Assembly (NCBI GenBank): GCA_965221125.1
Contig: CBDCRW010000006.1
Coordinates: forward strand, 256,001 to 320,000
From: Alphaproteobacteria bacterium
Lineage (GTDB): Bacteria; Pseudomonadota; Alphaproteobacteria; UBA828
DNA: 64,000 nucleotides
Reading direction: 5' to 3'
The translations under genes were made by a program, and so were the position numbers. Positions 32,734 through 42,501 of this stretch are shown one piece after another (position 1 is the first letter of the stretch; the number at the start of each line of letters is the position of its first letter). The notes under the pieces were generated by a model. It searched no databases and had not been told where the DNA came from. It saw nothing but the letters and a program-made list of their open reading frames with translations.

Positions 32734-32978
32734 CCGTCTCCTCTGAGATCCCGTGAATCGGGTCGCGGCTCCATTTCTATAGACCCGGCTCATCCAGATA
32801 ACCAATGAGTAATGGTTCTGGATGTCCACGTCATATGCTTATGTCGAACGAACATATGCTGCTTCGTCATGATCGCCCGCGGGAGCGGCCTTGCGCGCGT
32901 CCGGGCGGCCAGAGACAATCGCCGCGCCCGGCGCGAAGCCCTGCGCCATGCGCGCCCACACGGGGATGGGACCGCTCC

Positions 32979-33971
32979 ATGAGCGATCGATCCGACCTCT
33001 CGAAGCCGCTGAAGACCTGGAGCCACCTCGCCGGCAAGCGGCGGCGGCCGAGCGAATACGAGATCGTCTCGACCAACCTCCTGTGGAGCACCGACGACGA
33101 GATGCCCTGGGCGCTCTCGCCCGACATCGACATGAACAAGTGGTATCTCCGCTACCGCAACAACTCGCCGCTCAGGCACGAGGACTGGGACGCCTTTCGC
33201 GATCCCGACGAGGTGGTCTACCGCTCCTACAACGTCATGCAGGACGGGCACGAGACCTACGTGGACGGCCTGCTCCGCGATCACCCGAGGAACGCCCACG
33301 ACGCAGGCCTCGGCGCCCATTGGGTGGCGGCGCTGGCGCGGCTCTACACGCCCACGCGCTATCCGCTCCACTGCCTGCAGATGGGCTCGGCCTACCTGGT
33401 GCAGATCGTGCCGGCGAGCACCATCGAGAACTGCGCGATGTTCCAGGCGGCCGACCAGCTCCGCTGGGTCTCGCGCGTCGCCTATCGCACGAAGGAGCTC
33501 GCCAACGCCCACGCCGGCGCGGGCTTCGTCACGGGCGAGCGCAAGGCGTGGGAGGAGGACGCCTGCTGGCAGGGCTTTCGCGCGCTGCTGGAGCAGGTCC
33601 TTGTGGCCTACGACTGGGCGGAGCATTTCGTCGCGCTCAACGTCGTCGCTAAGCCTGCGTTCGACGAGGCATGCATTCGCCAGTTGGGCCACGCGGCACG
33701 GGGCGAGGGCGACACCCTGCTCGCGCAGATGCTGGACGCCCAGTGGGACGACAGCGAGCGCGCCCGCCGCTGGACCGCCGCCCTCGTCGACTTCGCGGGC
33801 GAGACGGAGGGCAATGCGGCCGTGATGGCGGACTGGGTCGCCACGTGGGCGCCGCGCGGCGATGCCGCCGTCGATGCCTACTGCGCCGCTCTGCCGGCGG
33901 GCGCGGATGCCGCCGAGGGGGCGAAAGACGCGGCGCGCGACTTCCGCGCCTCGCTCGGCTTCGCGGCCTGA
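32979..33971 (+). CDS. Toluene/aromatic soluble diiron monooxygenase hydroxylase beta subunit (TmoE/TouE-like)
   Basis: KPLKTWSHLA..RRRPSEYEIVSTNL, YRNNSPLRHEDWDAFRDPD, MQDGHETYV, WQGFR.L.E..L.AYDWAE. Confidence 0.9.
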   Translation: MSDRSDLSKPLKTWSHLAGKRRRPSEYEIVSTNLLWSTDDEMPWALSPDIDMNKWYLRYRNNSPLRHEDWDAFRDPDEVVYRSYNVMQDGHETYVDGLLRDHPRNAHDAGLGAHWVAALARLYTPTRYPLHCLQMGSAYLVQIVPASTIENCAMFQAADQLRWVSRVAYRTKELANAHAGAGFVTGERKAWEEDACWQGFRALLEQVLVAYDWAEHFVALNVVAKPAFDEACIRQLGHAARGEGDTLLAQMLDAQWDDSERARRWTAALVDFAGETEGNAAVMADWVATWAPRGDAAVDAYCAALPAGADAAEGAKDAARDFRASLGFAA

Positions 33972-34009
33972 GGCGCGGCGGGCCCGCACAGCACTCTCGG
34001 AGGATGGAC

Positions 34010-35209
34010 ATGCGCAAGGTGACGATCGGCGGCACGGGAATGACCCGGTTCGGCAAGTTCCTGGATACCAACCTGCGCGCGCTGGCCGCCGAGGCGGCGA
34101 CGGCGGCGCTCGCCGACGCGGACACGGAGGCCGACGAGGTCGGCATGGTCTTCTTCGGCAACGCGGCGGGCGGGCTGCTCGGCGCGCAGGAATGCGTGCG
34201 CGGCCAGGTCGCGCTGCGCCACGCCGGGCTGCTCGGCAAGCCCATCGTCAACGTGGAGAACGCCTGCGCCTCGTCGTCCACCGCGTTTCATCTGGCGGTG
34301 CTCGCGGTGGGCTCCGGCCAGTGCGACGTGGCGCTCGCGGTGGGCACCGAGAAGATGAGCAACGAGGACCGGAGCGTGCCGCTCAAGGCGCTGGAGGCGG
34401 CGGCGGACCGTGACGAGTTCGAGGCGCTGAAGAAGCGGATCGCGCCGGGCGGCGCCGGCACGGGCTCGGTCTTCATGGACCTCTACTCGAGCCTCGCGCG
34501 CGACTATGCGGAGCGCACCGGCACGACGCCCGCCGATTACGCCCGTGTCTCGGTCAAGCAGCGCCGCGCCGGGGCGCTCAACGAGAAGGCGCAGTTCCAG
34601 GAGGAGGTCACCGTCCACGACGTGCTGGAGAGCCGCATGATCGCCGAGCCGCTCACGCTCATGATGTGCTCGCCCATCGGCGACGGCGCCGCGGCGCTGG
34701 TGCTGATGAGCGAGGACTGCGCCCGGCGCAAGGCGGTGCACCCGGTGAGCGTGCTGGCGAGCGAGCTGCGCTCCGGCCAGGGCGACGACCCCGAGGCGCC
34801 GCCGGTGGCTCAGGTCGCGGCGCAGGCGGCCTACGAGGCGGCGGGGCTCGGGCCTGAGGACATCAGCGTCGCCGAGATCCACGACGCCGCGGCGCCGGCG
34901 GAGTTCATGCTCTCGGAGCAACTGGGCTTCTGCCGCCCCGGCGATGCCGTCGGGCTGCTCAGGGACGGCGTGACGGCGTTGGGCGGGCGCATGCCGATCA
35001 ACCCGAGCGGCGGGCTCATCAGCAAGGGCCACCCCGTGGGCGCAACCGGCGCCGCGCAGCTCGTGGAACTGGCGGACCAGATGCGCGGCCGCTCGGGCGC
35101 GCGCCAGCGGGACGGCGCACGCGTCGGCCTCGCCGAGAACGCCGGCGGCTGGATCGGCGCGGACGCCGCCGCCGCCTGCGTGACCATCCTGGGCTCGACC
35201 CAGCACTGA
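34010..35209 (+). CDS. SCP-x type thiolase family protein
   Basis: NVENACASS, CSPIGDGAAA, EIHDA, NPSGGLISKGHPVGATG; GGAGG upstream. Confidence 0.9.
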   Translation: MRKVTIGGTGMTRFGKFLDTNLRALAAEAATAALADADTEADEVGMVFFGNAAGGLLGAQECVRGQVALRHAGLLGKPIVNVENACASSSTAFHLAVLAVGSGQCDVALAVGTEKMSNEDRSVPLKALEAAADRDEFEALKKRIAPGGAGTGSVFMDLYSSLARDYAERTGTTPADYARVSVKQRRAGALNEKAQFQEEVTVHDVLESRMIAEPLTLMMCSPIGDGAAALVLMSEDCARRKAVHPVSVLASELRSGQGDDPEAPPVAQVAAQAAYEAAGLGPEDISVAEIHDAAAPAEFMLSEQLGFCRPGDAVGLLRDGVTALGGRMPINPSGGLISKGHPVGATGAAQLVELADQMRGRSGARQRDGARVGLAENAGGWIGADAAAACVTILGSTQH

Positions 35210-35264
35210 CGTACGGGCCGCGCCGGGACTCGCGCGGCGACGCAAGCAATCCAGGGAGAGGGGC

Positions 35265-36047
35265 ATGAGCGAGAGCGCCGTGCTGGTCGAAACCGCGGGC
35301 AGCGCAGGGATCGTCACCGTCAACCGGCCGGAGCGGCTGAACGCGCTCGACCTGCCGACATGCCAGGCCCTCGACGACGCCGTGAACGAGGTGGAGGCGG
35401 ACGCGGCGGTGCGCGTGATCGTCATCACCGGCGCGGGCCGCGCGTTCGTCGCCGGCGGCGACATCGCCGACCTCGACTCGCGCCGGGGCCTCGCCCACTA
35501 CGAGGAGTTCGCGGAGCAGATCCACCGGCTGTTCCGCCGCATCGAGACGCTGGACAAGCCCACCATCGCTGCGGTCAACGGCTTCGCCCTCGGCGGCGGT
35601 GCGGAGCTGATGCTGTCGACCGACATCCGGCTGCTCTCGGCGAAGGCGAAGATCGGCGTGCCGGAAATCAATCTCGGGCTCTTCCCCGGCGCCGGCGGTA
35701 CGCAGCGCCTGATCCGCCAGATTCCCCTCTGCCGGGCCAAGGAGCTGATGTTCACCGGCCTGCCCATCGGGGCGGAGGAAGCGGTGGCGCTCGGCCTGGC
35801 CAACCGGGTCGTCGAGCCGGACGCGCTGATGGAGGAGGCGCTGGCGCTCGCCGAGGCCATCGCGCGCAAGTCGCCGCTCGCGCTCCGCTACCTCAAGCGC
35901 ACCATCGACGCCGGCGCCGACATGCCGCTGCCTGCGGCGCTCGCCCACGAGCAGGCGATGATCTCGCTGGTGCTCGACAGCGAGGATGCGCACGAGGGCT
36001 GCCGCGCGTTCCTGGAGAAGCGCGAGGCCCGGTTCAAGGGCGCCTGA
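35265..36047 (+). CDS. Enoyl-CoA hydratase/isomerase
   Basis: NRPERLNAL, AFVAGGDI, ALGGGAEL, PEINLG. Confidence 0.93.
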   Translation: MSESAVLVETAGSAGIVTVNRPERLNALDLPTCQALDDAVNEVEADAAVRVIVITGAGRAFVAGGDIADLDSRRGLAHYEEFAEQIHRLFRRIETLDKPTIAAVNGFALGGGAELMLSTDIRLLSAKAKIGVPEINLGLFPGAGGTQRLIRQIPLCRAKELMFTGLPIGAEEAVALGLANRVVEPDALMEEALALAEAIARKSPLALRYLKRTIDAGADMPLPAALAHEQAMISLVLDSEDAHEGCRAFLEKREARFKGA

Positions 36048-36050
36048 GCC

Positions 36051-37223
36051 ATGCAGGTGCAGCTCACCGAAGAGCAGGCGCTGATGCTGGAGACCGCGCG
36101 GCGCGTCGGCGCGGACTACGGCCTCGACTACTGGCGCGATCTCGACGAGCGCGGCGCCTATCCGAGCGAGATGTGGCAGGCGATCTGCGACGCGGGCTTC
36201 GGCGGCGTCGCGCTGCCCGAGGAGCACGGCGGCGCCGGGCTCGGGATGCTGGATCAGGCGCTGGTGATCGAGGCGCTCTGCGAATCGGGCGCGGGTGCCA
36301 CGCTCGCGCAAATCTTCATGGTGAACCCGATCTTCGGCGGCGTCGCCATCGCGCGCTATGGCACCGAGGCTATGCGCCGCGACCTGCTGCCGCCGCTCAT
36401 CGCAGGCGACATCGCCTGCTGCATGGCGCTCACCGAGCCGGACGCGGGCACGAATTCGCTTGAACTTCGCACTTTCGCCGAGGCCCACGGCAACGGCTGG
36501 CGGCTGAACGGGCGGAAGATCTGGATCTCGGCGGTGCCGACGGCGGACAAGATGCTGGTGATCGCCCGCACCAGGAAGGTCGAGGAGGCCGAGCGGCGCA
36601 CCGACGGCATCTCGCTCTTCCTCATCGACGTCGAGCGCGAGGGGCTCACACATTCCACCATCGAGAAGGCGGGCACCCGCTGCGTGCCGGCGAGCAACGT
36701 CTACTTCGAGGACACGCCGGTGGCCGGCGACGAGCTGATCGGCACGCTGCACGGCGGTTGGAAGGAGCTGCTCGACGTGCTCAACACCGAGCGCATCGTT
36801 ACCACCGCCGGCCTCGTCGGCACGGTGCGGCTCGCGCTGGGCCTCGCGATCGACTACGCCAACGAGCGCCGCGTCTTCGGCGAGCGGCCGATCTCGTCCT
36901 ACCAGGGCCTGCAGTTTCCGCTGGCGCAGGCGAAGGCGGAGATCGAGTGCGCCGCCGTGATGAACCACAAGGCCGCGGCCCTGCACGACGCAGGCCAGCC
37001 TTACGGCGCGGAGGCCAACATGGCGAAGCTCATCGCCGCCCAGGCGGCGGCGGAGGGGCTGGAGCGCGCGATGCAGACCATGGGCGGCATGGGCTACGCC
37101 AAGGAGATGCACCTGGAGCGTCTCTGGCGGGACGCACGGCTCTTCCGCTTCGCGCCGATCTCGGAGGAGATGATCCTCAACTACATCGCCGTCCACGACC
37201 TCGGCATGGCCCGGGGGTACTGA
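36051..37223 (+). CDS. Acyl-CoA dehydrogenase
   Basis: ALTEPDAGTN, LNGRKIWIS, LNTERI, MGGMGY, WRDARL. Confidence 0.93.
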   Translation: MQVQLTEEQALMLETARRVGADYGLDYWRDLDERGAYPSEMWQAICDAGFGGVALPEEHGGAGLGMLDQALVIEALCESGAGATLAQIFMVNPIFGGVAIARYGTEAMRRDLLPPLIAGDIACCMALTEPDAGTNSLELRTFAEAHGNGWRLNGRKIWISAVPTADKMLVIARTRKVEEAERRTDGISLFLIDVEREGLTHSTIEKAGTRCVPASNVYFEDTPVAGDELIGTLHGGWKELLDVLNTERIVTTAGLVGTVRLALGLAIDYANERRVFGERPISSYQGLQFPLAQAKAEIECAAVMNHKAAALHDAGQPYGAEANMAKLIAAQAAAEGLERAMQTMGGMGYAKEMHLERLWRDARLFRFAPISEEMILNYIAVHDLGMARGY

Positions 37224-37249
37224 GGCAGCCGGTCAGGCGCGTCCGCCCC

Positions 37250-38113
37250 TTACCGATACTTCTCCAGGAACGGGCCGACGGCGGCGTGGTAGCCCTCCGG
37301 GTTCTCCCAGAAGGGCATGTGGGCGCAGCCGGGGAAGAACGCGTACTCCGAGTTCGGCAGGTACTGGCAGGAGACGGCGCAGAGCTCCGGCAGGACGTAG
37401 TCGTGCTCGCTGGCGACGATGAGCACAGGCGCCGTCACGCGGTGCAGGTCGCCCACGCGGTCGAACCAGCGGAGCGTGCCGGTGCAGTTGAAGAGGTGCG
37501 GCCCGAACATGCGCCGGAGCGGGCCGTAGCCGATATCGGTGAGGGACGTCTGCACCGGCTCGGGCCAGGTCTCCATCCGGCACATGTGCCGGTAGAGCAT
37601 CATGGTCACCGCCGCCTGGTATTCCGGGTGCTCGGTGGTGCCTTCGGATTCGCGGCGCGACATCATGAGCACCGTCTCGTCGCCCAGGTTCTGCTTGCAG
37701 CGGAGGAAGCCGGCCTGAACCTCGCGGAAGTCGAAGGCGATGCTGCTGGCGACGAAGCACTTCACGTTGTCGGCGTGGGCGAGACAGTACTCGAGGCCGA
37801 GCATGCCGCCCCACGAGTTGCCGACCACGCTGACGCGGCCGAGGCCGAGGGCGCTGCGCACGGTCTCCATCTCTTCCACGTAGCGCTCCACGGTCCAGAG
37901 CGAGTCGTCGTCCGGCCGGTCGGATTCGCCGCAGCCGAGCTGATCCCACGAGACGACGCGGTATCCCTGCGCGGCGTAGCAGAGGTGGGCGTCCCGCACG
38001 TAGTTGCACGGCACGCCGGGCCCGCCGTGGACCACCAGGATCACGTCGTCGCCCGCGCCCTCGCTGTACGCGGTGACGGTATGGCCGTCCACAGCTACCG
38101 GAATGCGCTCCAT
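37250..38113 (-). CDS. Proline iminopeptidase-family hydrolase
   Basis: HGGPG, DQLGCGESD, GNSWGG. Confidence 0.88.
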   Translation of the reverse strand: MERIPVAVDGHTVTAYSEGAGDDVILVVHGGPGVPCNYVRDAHLCYAAQGYRVVSWDQLGCGESDRPDDDSLWTVERYVEEMETVRSALGLGRVSVVGNSWGGMLGLEYCLAHADNVKCFVASSIAFDFREVQAGFLRCKQNLGDETVLMMSRRESEGTTEHPEYQAAVTMMLYRHMCRMETWPEPVQTSLTDIGYGPLRRMFGPHLFNCTGTLRWFDRVGDLHRVTAPVLIVASEHDYVLPELCAVSCQYLPNSEYAFFPGCAHMPFWENPEGYHAAVGPFLEKYR

Positions 38114-38180
38114 GTCATCCTCCCGTTCCGCAGCCAGCGGCGCCCCGTGCTACGCTCGGCCGCCACCGGGGGAGCAGGCC

Positions 38181-39008
38181 GTGCGCGCAGCGTTCATCGA
38201 CATCGACGGTACTCGCACACGCTACCTTTATGAAGGGAGCGCGGACGAAACCCTGCTGCTCGTCCACGGCTTCGGGCTGAGCGCCGATATATGGGCGCAC
38301 GTGCTCGACCCGCTGGCGGCGCATTTTTCGGTGTACGCGCCGGACATCCTCGGCCACGGTTTCACCGACTTCAAGGAGCCGGGCGGCGAGCCCGCGCCGC
38401 TGGTCATGACGCGGCACCTCGAAGGCTTCATGGACGCGGTGGGGATCGAACGCTGCGCCGTGCTCGGCAGCTCGCTGGGCGGCCTGCTGGCGCCGCTGCT
38501 CTACGCCGCGCGCCCGGAGAGCGTCACCGCGCTCATCATCGACGGGCTGCACACGCCGGTCTCCGATTCAGGGACGCTGCCGCCGGAGACGATCCGCGCG
38601 ACCATGACGAACGGCACCACGGCGATGACCGACGTGACCTGGCAATCCTGCATCGAGCGCATGGGCCGCATCTGCCACGATCCGGCGCGCTCGCCCGCCG
38701 ACATCGCGCTGATGCAGGTCACGGTCTACGCCCAGCCGGACCGGCTTTCCTCCTACCTCGCCTACGGCCAGAGCATGATCGACCACGTGGACGACGAGGC
38801 CGTGCGCATGCGGCCCGAGACCATCGCGGTGCCGACGCTCTTCCTCAGCGGGCGGCAGGACATCCGCGCGCCCATCGAGGTGATCGAGAAGAATTACCGG
38901 CGCGTCCCCGGCGCCCGGCTCAGCGTGTTCGAGGACTGCGGCCACCTGCCCGAGGTGGAGCATCCCGAGAAATTCGTCGAGACGGTGACGGCCTTCCTGC
39001 GGTCGTGA
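38181..39008 (+). CDS. Alpha/beta fold hydrolase
   Basis: LVHGFG, PDILGHG, GSSLGG, CGHLPEVEHP; GTG start after GGAG. Confidence 0.88.
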   Translation: MRAAFIDIDGTRTRYLYEGSADETLLLVHGFGLSADIWAHVLDPLAAHFSVYAPDILGHGFTDFKEPGGEPAPLVMTRHLEGFMDAVGIERCAVLGSSLGGLLAPLLYAARPESVTALIIDGLHTPVSDSGTLPPETIRATMTNGTTAMTDVTWQSCIERMGRICHDPARSPADIALMQVTVYAQPDRLSSYLAYGQSMIDHVDDEAVRMRPETIAVPTLFLSGRQDIRAPIEVIEKNYRRVPGARLSVFEDCGHLPEVEHPEKFVETVTAFLRS

Positions 39009-39032
39009 GGCTTTGGGCGGTGTGCGGTGCCC

Positions 39033-40196
39033 CTACTCCGCCGCCGCGCGTGCCGGCGCCGGGATATCGAGGTTGAAGAGGCGGGCGCAGTTGAGCCCCA
39101 CCACGTTCGCCTTGGTCTCCTCGTCGACGTTGGCGAGCACGCGCTCCAGAATTCGGTGGGTGTTTGGGAAGGTGTTGCGCGGGTGCGGGAAGTCCGAACC
39201 CCACATGACCTGCGTGGGGCCCGCGACATCGAAAGCGCGGTCCGCGAACCTGTCGTCCACGAAGGTGTGCCAGACCTGTGTCTGAAGATACTCCTCGACC
39301 GGTTTCTTGATCGGCGCGATCTTGAGCGACTGTCCGAGCGCCCCCTGGATCTGCTGTATCCGGAACAGGAACCACGGCACCCAGGAGACTTCGTATTCCC
39401 CGAGGATGATCTTGAGCTTGGGGAAGCGATCGAAGATGCCGCCGAAGATGAACTCGTTGGCGAGGATCGGGCCCACGTCGGAGAAGACCTCGATCATCAT
39501 CCTCGCGATCTGATCGCGCTCGTGTTCGTGCACGATGGTGAAGGGATCGCGCACCTGCCCGGTGATGATGTGGAGCGTGATCGGCATGTCGAGATCGACC
39601 GAGGCCGCCCACAGCGGGTCGTAGTAGCGATCGCGGTAAGGCGGCATGTGGGGCTTCACATCGGTGTAGATGCAAACCGTGCGGATGCCCTTCCTCGCCA
39701 GGCGCTGCATTTCGGCGACCGCCCAGTCCACGTCGTCGGTCGGTAGCATGGCCGCCGCCAGCAGGCGCTTCGGGTCATGGCTGCAGTGCTCGGCGATCCA
39801 GTCGTTGTAGACCGTGCAGACATCCTGGAGCAGAGGCGGGTGGGCGATCCGCATGCTGAACAGCAGGAAGCTCGAATTGATGACCTCGGCGGAGACGCCG
39901 TCCATGTCCATCAATGCAAGCCTGAGCCCGGGGTCGCCGCTGCAGCGGTTTACCTTGTCGAGCAGGTCGGGTTCCAGAGGCACGGAGTCCTGGGTTGAAT
40001 CCTCGGCCTCCTCGGGCTCGACATTGTCGAGATCGATGTACTCGTGGCCGAGGTAGAAGTAGGTGCCGGGCACGCCCTCGCACTCGTTGACCAGACGCGG
40101 CACCTTGTCGCCCCACTTGGCGCTGAGCGCCTTTTCCCAGAGATCGAAGGGCTCGAAGATGTGGGAATCCGCCGAGACGACGTAGTTCAGCGTCAT
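39033..40196 (-). CDS. Amidohydrolase_2 family protein, paralog 1 (387 aa)
   Basis: VSADSH, YNDW, PITLH, GIFDRFP, MWGSDFPH. Confidence 0.9.
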   Translation of the reverse strand: MTLNYVVSADSHIFEPFDLWEKALSAKWGDKVPRLVNECEGVPGTYFYLGHEYIDLDNVEPEEAEDSTQDSVPLEPDLLDKVNRCSGDPGLRLALMDMDGVSAEVINSSFLLFSMRIAHPPLLQDVCTVYNDWIAEHCSHDPKRLLAAAMLPTDDVDWAVAEMQRLARKGIRTVCIYTDVKPHMPPYRDRYYDPLWAASVDLDMPITLHIITGQVRDPFTIVHEHERDQIARMMIEVFSDVGPILANEFIFGGIFDRFPKLKIILGEYEVSWVPWFLFRIQQIQGALGQSLKIAPIKKPVEEYLQTQVWHTFVDDRFADRAFDVAGPTQVMWGSDFPHPRNTFPNTHRILERVLANVDEETKANVVGLNCARLFNLDIPAPARAAAE

Positions 40197-40229
40197 TGTC
40201 AGCCTCCTTCGTGCGCAGGGCCGACCCGA

Positions 40230-41393
40230 TTACTCCGCCGCTGCGCGCGCCGGGGCGGGCATGTCGAGGTTGAAGAGGCGGGCGCAGTTGAGCCCCACCA
40301 CGTTCGCCTTTGTCTCCTCGTCGACGTTGGCGAGCACGCGATTCAGCACCTCGTGGCTGTGGGGGAAGGTGTTGCGCGGGTGCGGGAAGTCCGAGCCCCA
40401 CATGACCTGCGTCGGGCCCGCGACATCGAACGCGCGGTCGGCGAACTTGTCGTCCACGAAGGTGTGCCAGACCTGGGTGTGCAGGTACTCCTGCACCGGC
40501 TTCTTGGCGGGCGTGACCTTGAGCGACTGCGCCACCGCCCCCTGAAGCTGCTGGGTGCGGAAGAGGAACCAGGGCAGCCAGCAGATCTCGTACTCGCCGA
40601 GGATCAGCTTCAGCCTGGGGTGGCGGTCGAAGATGCCGCCGAAGATGAACTCGTTGGCGAGGATGGGGCCTGCGTCGGAGAAAAGCTCGAGCCAGAGCCG
40701 CGCCACGTCGCCGCGCTCGTGCTCGTGGATGATGGTGAAGGGGTCGCGCACCTGGCCGGCCACGATGTGAATCGTGATCGGCATGTCGAGATCGGCCGCC
40801 GCCGCCCACAGCCGGTCGTAGTAGGGGTCGCGGTAGGGCGGCATGTGGGGCTTCACGTCGGTGTAGATGAAGACCGTGCGCACGCCCTTCTTCGCCAGCC
40901 GCTCCAGCTCGGCGACGGCCCAGTCGACATCGTCCGGCGGCAGCATGCCGGACGCGAGCAGGCGCTTCGGGTCGTGGCTGCAGTACTCGACGATCCAGTC
41001 GTTATAGACCTGGCAGGCGTCCTGCACGAGCTGCGGATGCTGGATGCGCATGCAGAGCAGCGCGAAGGTCGAGTTGACGATCTCGGCGTGTACGCCGTCC
41101 ATCTCCATCAGCTCGAGGCGGAGCGCCGGGTCCGAATTGGAGCGGTTCACCTTGTCGGCGAGCTCGGGATCCATGGCCGAGGATTCCTCGGTGGAGTCCG
41201 CCGCGTCCTCCGGCTCGACCACGCCGAGGTCGATGTAGTCGTGGCCGAAGAAGTAGTAGCTGCCGGGCAGACCCTGGTATTCGCTGACCACGCGCGGCAC
41301 CTTGTCGCCCCACTTCTTGCCGAGCGCCTTCTCCCACAGGTCGAGCGGCTCGATGATGTGGGAATCGGCGGAAATCACGTAGTCCAGGCTCAT
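40230..41393 (-). CDS. Amidohydrolase_2 family protein, paralog 2 (387 aa)
   Basis: C-terminal part of ORF 40230..41759 from MSLDYVISADSH; colinear with paralog 1. Confidence 0.9.
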   Translation of the reverse strand: MSLDYVISADSHIIEPLDLWEKALGKKWGDKVPRVVSEYQGLPGSYYFFGHDYIDLGVVEPEDAADSTEESSAMDPELADKVNRSNSDPALRLELMEMDGVHAEIVNSTFALLCMRIQHPQLVQDACQVYNDWIVEYCSHDPKRLLASGMLPPDDVDWAVAELERLAKKGVRTVFIYTDVKPHMPPYRDPYYDRLWAAAADLDMPITIHIVAGQVRDPFTIIHEHERGDVARLWLELFSDAGPILANEFIFGGIFDRHPRLKLILGEYEICWLPWFLFRTQQLQGAVAQSLKVTPAKKPVQEYLHTQVWHTFVDDKFADRAFDVAGPTQVMWGSDFPHPRNTFPHSHEVLNRVLANVDEETKANVVGLNCARLFNLDMPAPARAAAE

Positions 41394-41421
41394 CGTCGCA
41401 CCTCTCTGGTGGGCCGGGGGC

Positions 41422-42399
41422 TCAGGCGTGGAAGGGCCTGCGCTCGGGCGGTACGGTCGCGACCGCCGCGAAGTCGCAGTCGCGGGTTGCGTAGAACTCG
41501 ACCAGGAAGCCGTCCGGGTCGCGCAGGTAGAAGCTCCGCTTCGTGCTGTCGTCGACGCTGGCGGCGGTCGGAATGTTCCGCTCGGCGAGCGCGGCCTCGG
41601 CTTGCGCGACCGCAGCCTCGTCCGCCATCTCACAGGAGAAGTGGTGGCAGCCGTTCTGCAGGTCCCCGGCGCTCGCGAAGAGCGCGCAGTGGTAGTCGGG
41701 CGTGGCCGCCCCGCCCCGCAGGTAGGCGTAAGTGCCGTCCGCTGCCATGTAGGCGACATCGAGGCCCGCGAACGCGGTATAGAAGTCGAGCGAGCGCGCG
41801 ACGTCGTCCACCACCATCACGGCGCGCGTGGTCCGCAGCGGATGGATCGGCGCGCCGTCCACGCGCTGGTATTCCGGCGCGCGCTGCCACCTGGGCTCGG
41901 GACTCGGGGTTTCCGCAGCCGGGTCCCAGCGGGCCGAGATGTTGGGGATCGGGCCGCCACTGAAGACCGTGCGCCAGTCGTCCATCACGTCGGCGTAGAA
42001 CTCGTGGAAGACGCCGTCCGGGTCGGCCACGTAGAAGGAGTGCGAGAAGGTGTGGTCGATGGTGAGGTAGTCCTTGCAACCGGCGGCGACGGCGCGCTCG
42101 ATCGCGGCGACCAGCGCGGCCTCGTTGTCGACCTCCCAGCCGAGATGGTTGAGCCCCGGCTTCTCGAAGCCCTCCTCGATGATGACCTCGCCGTCGCGCC
42201 CCTTGAAGGGGCGGCCGATCTCCACCATGCCGACGTCGTGGTGGCTGTTGCCGTTGGAGACGAAGCCCGCGCCGGTGCCGACCTCGATGCCGACCTCTTC
42301 GAAGCCGCAGGTCTTCTCGAAGAACGCGACGGAGCGGTCCAGGTCCCGCACGCTGACGTTCGCATGGCCGAGCCGGCGCACACCGAAATTCACCGTCAT
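41422..42399 (-). CDS. Two-domain VOC family protein (extradiol dioxygenase-like)
   Basis: LGHANV, SHHDVG, GLNHLGWE, SFYVADPDG..EFY; second domain SFYLRDPDG..EFY. Confidence 0.82.
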   Translation of the reverse strand: MTVNFGVRRLGHANVSVRDLDRSVAFFEKTCGFEEVGIEVGTGAGFVSNGNSHHDVGMVEIGRPFKGRDGEVIIEEGFEKPGLNHLGWEVDNEAALVAAIERAVAAGCKDYLTIDHTFSHSFYVADPDGVFHEFYADVMDDWRTVFSGGPIPNISARWDPAAETPSPEPRWQRAPEYQRVDGAPIHPLRTTRAVMVVDDVARSLDFYTAFAGLDVAYMAADGTYAYLRGGAATPDYHCALFASAGDLQNGCHHFSCEMADEAAVAQAEAALAERNIPTAASVDDSTKRSFYLRDPDGFLVEFYATRDCDFAAVATVPPERRPFHA

Positions 42400-42501
42400 C
42401 GCCTGGGCCTCCCTGCCCGCTTCACCGCTGCGAAAACGGTATAGCCCGCACGAGGCACCGTCAATTTCGGCCGGTGCCCGTCCGGTGCGGGGCGGCCTCC
42501 G

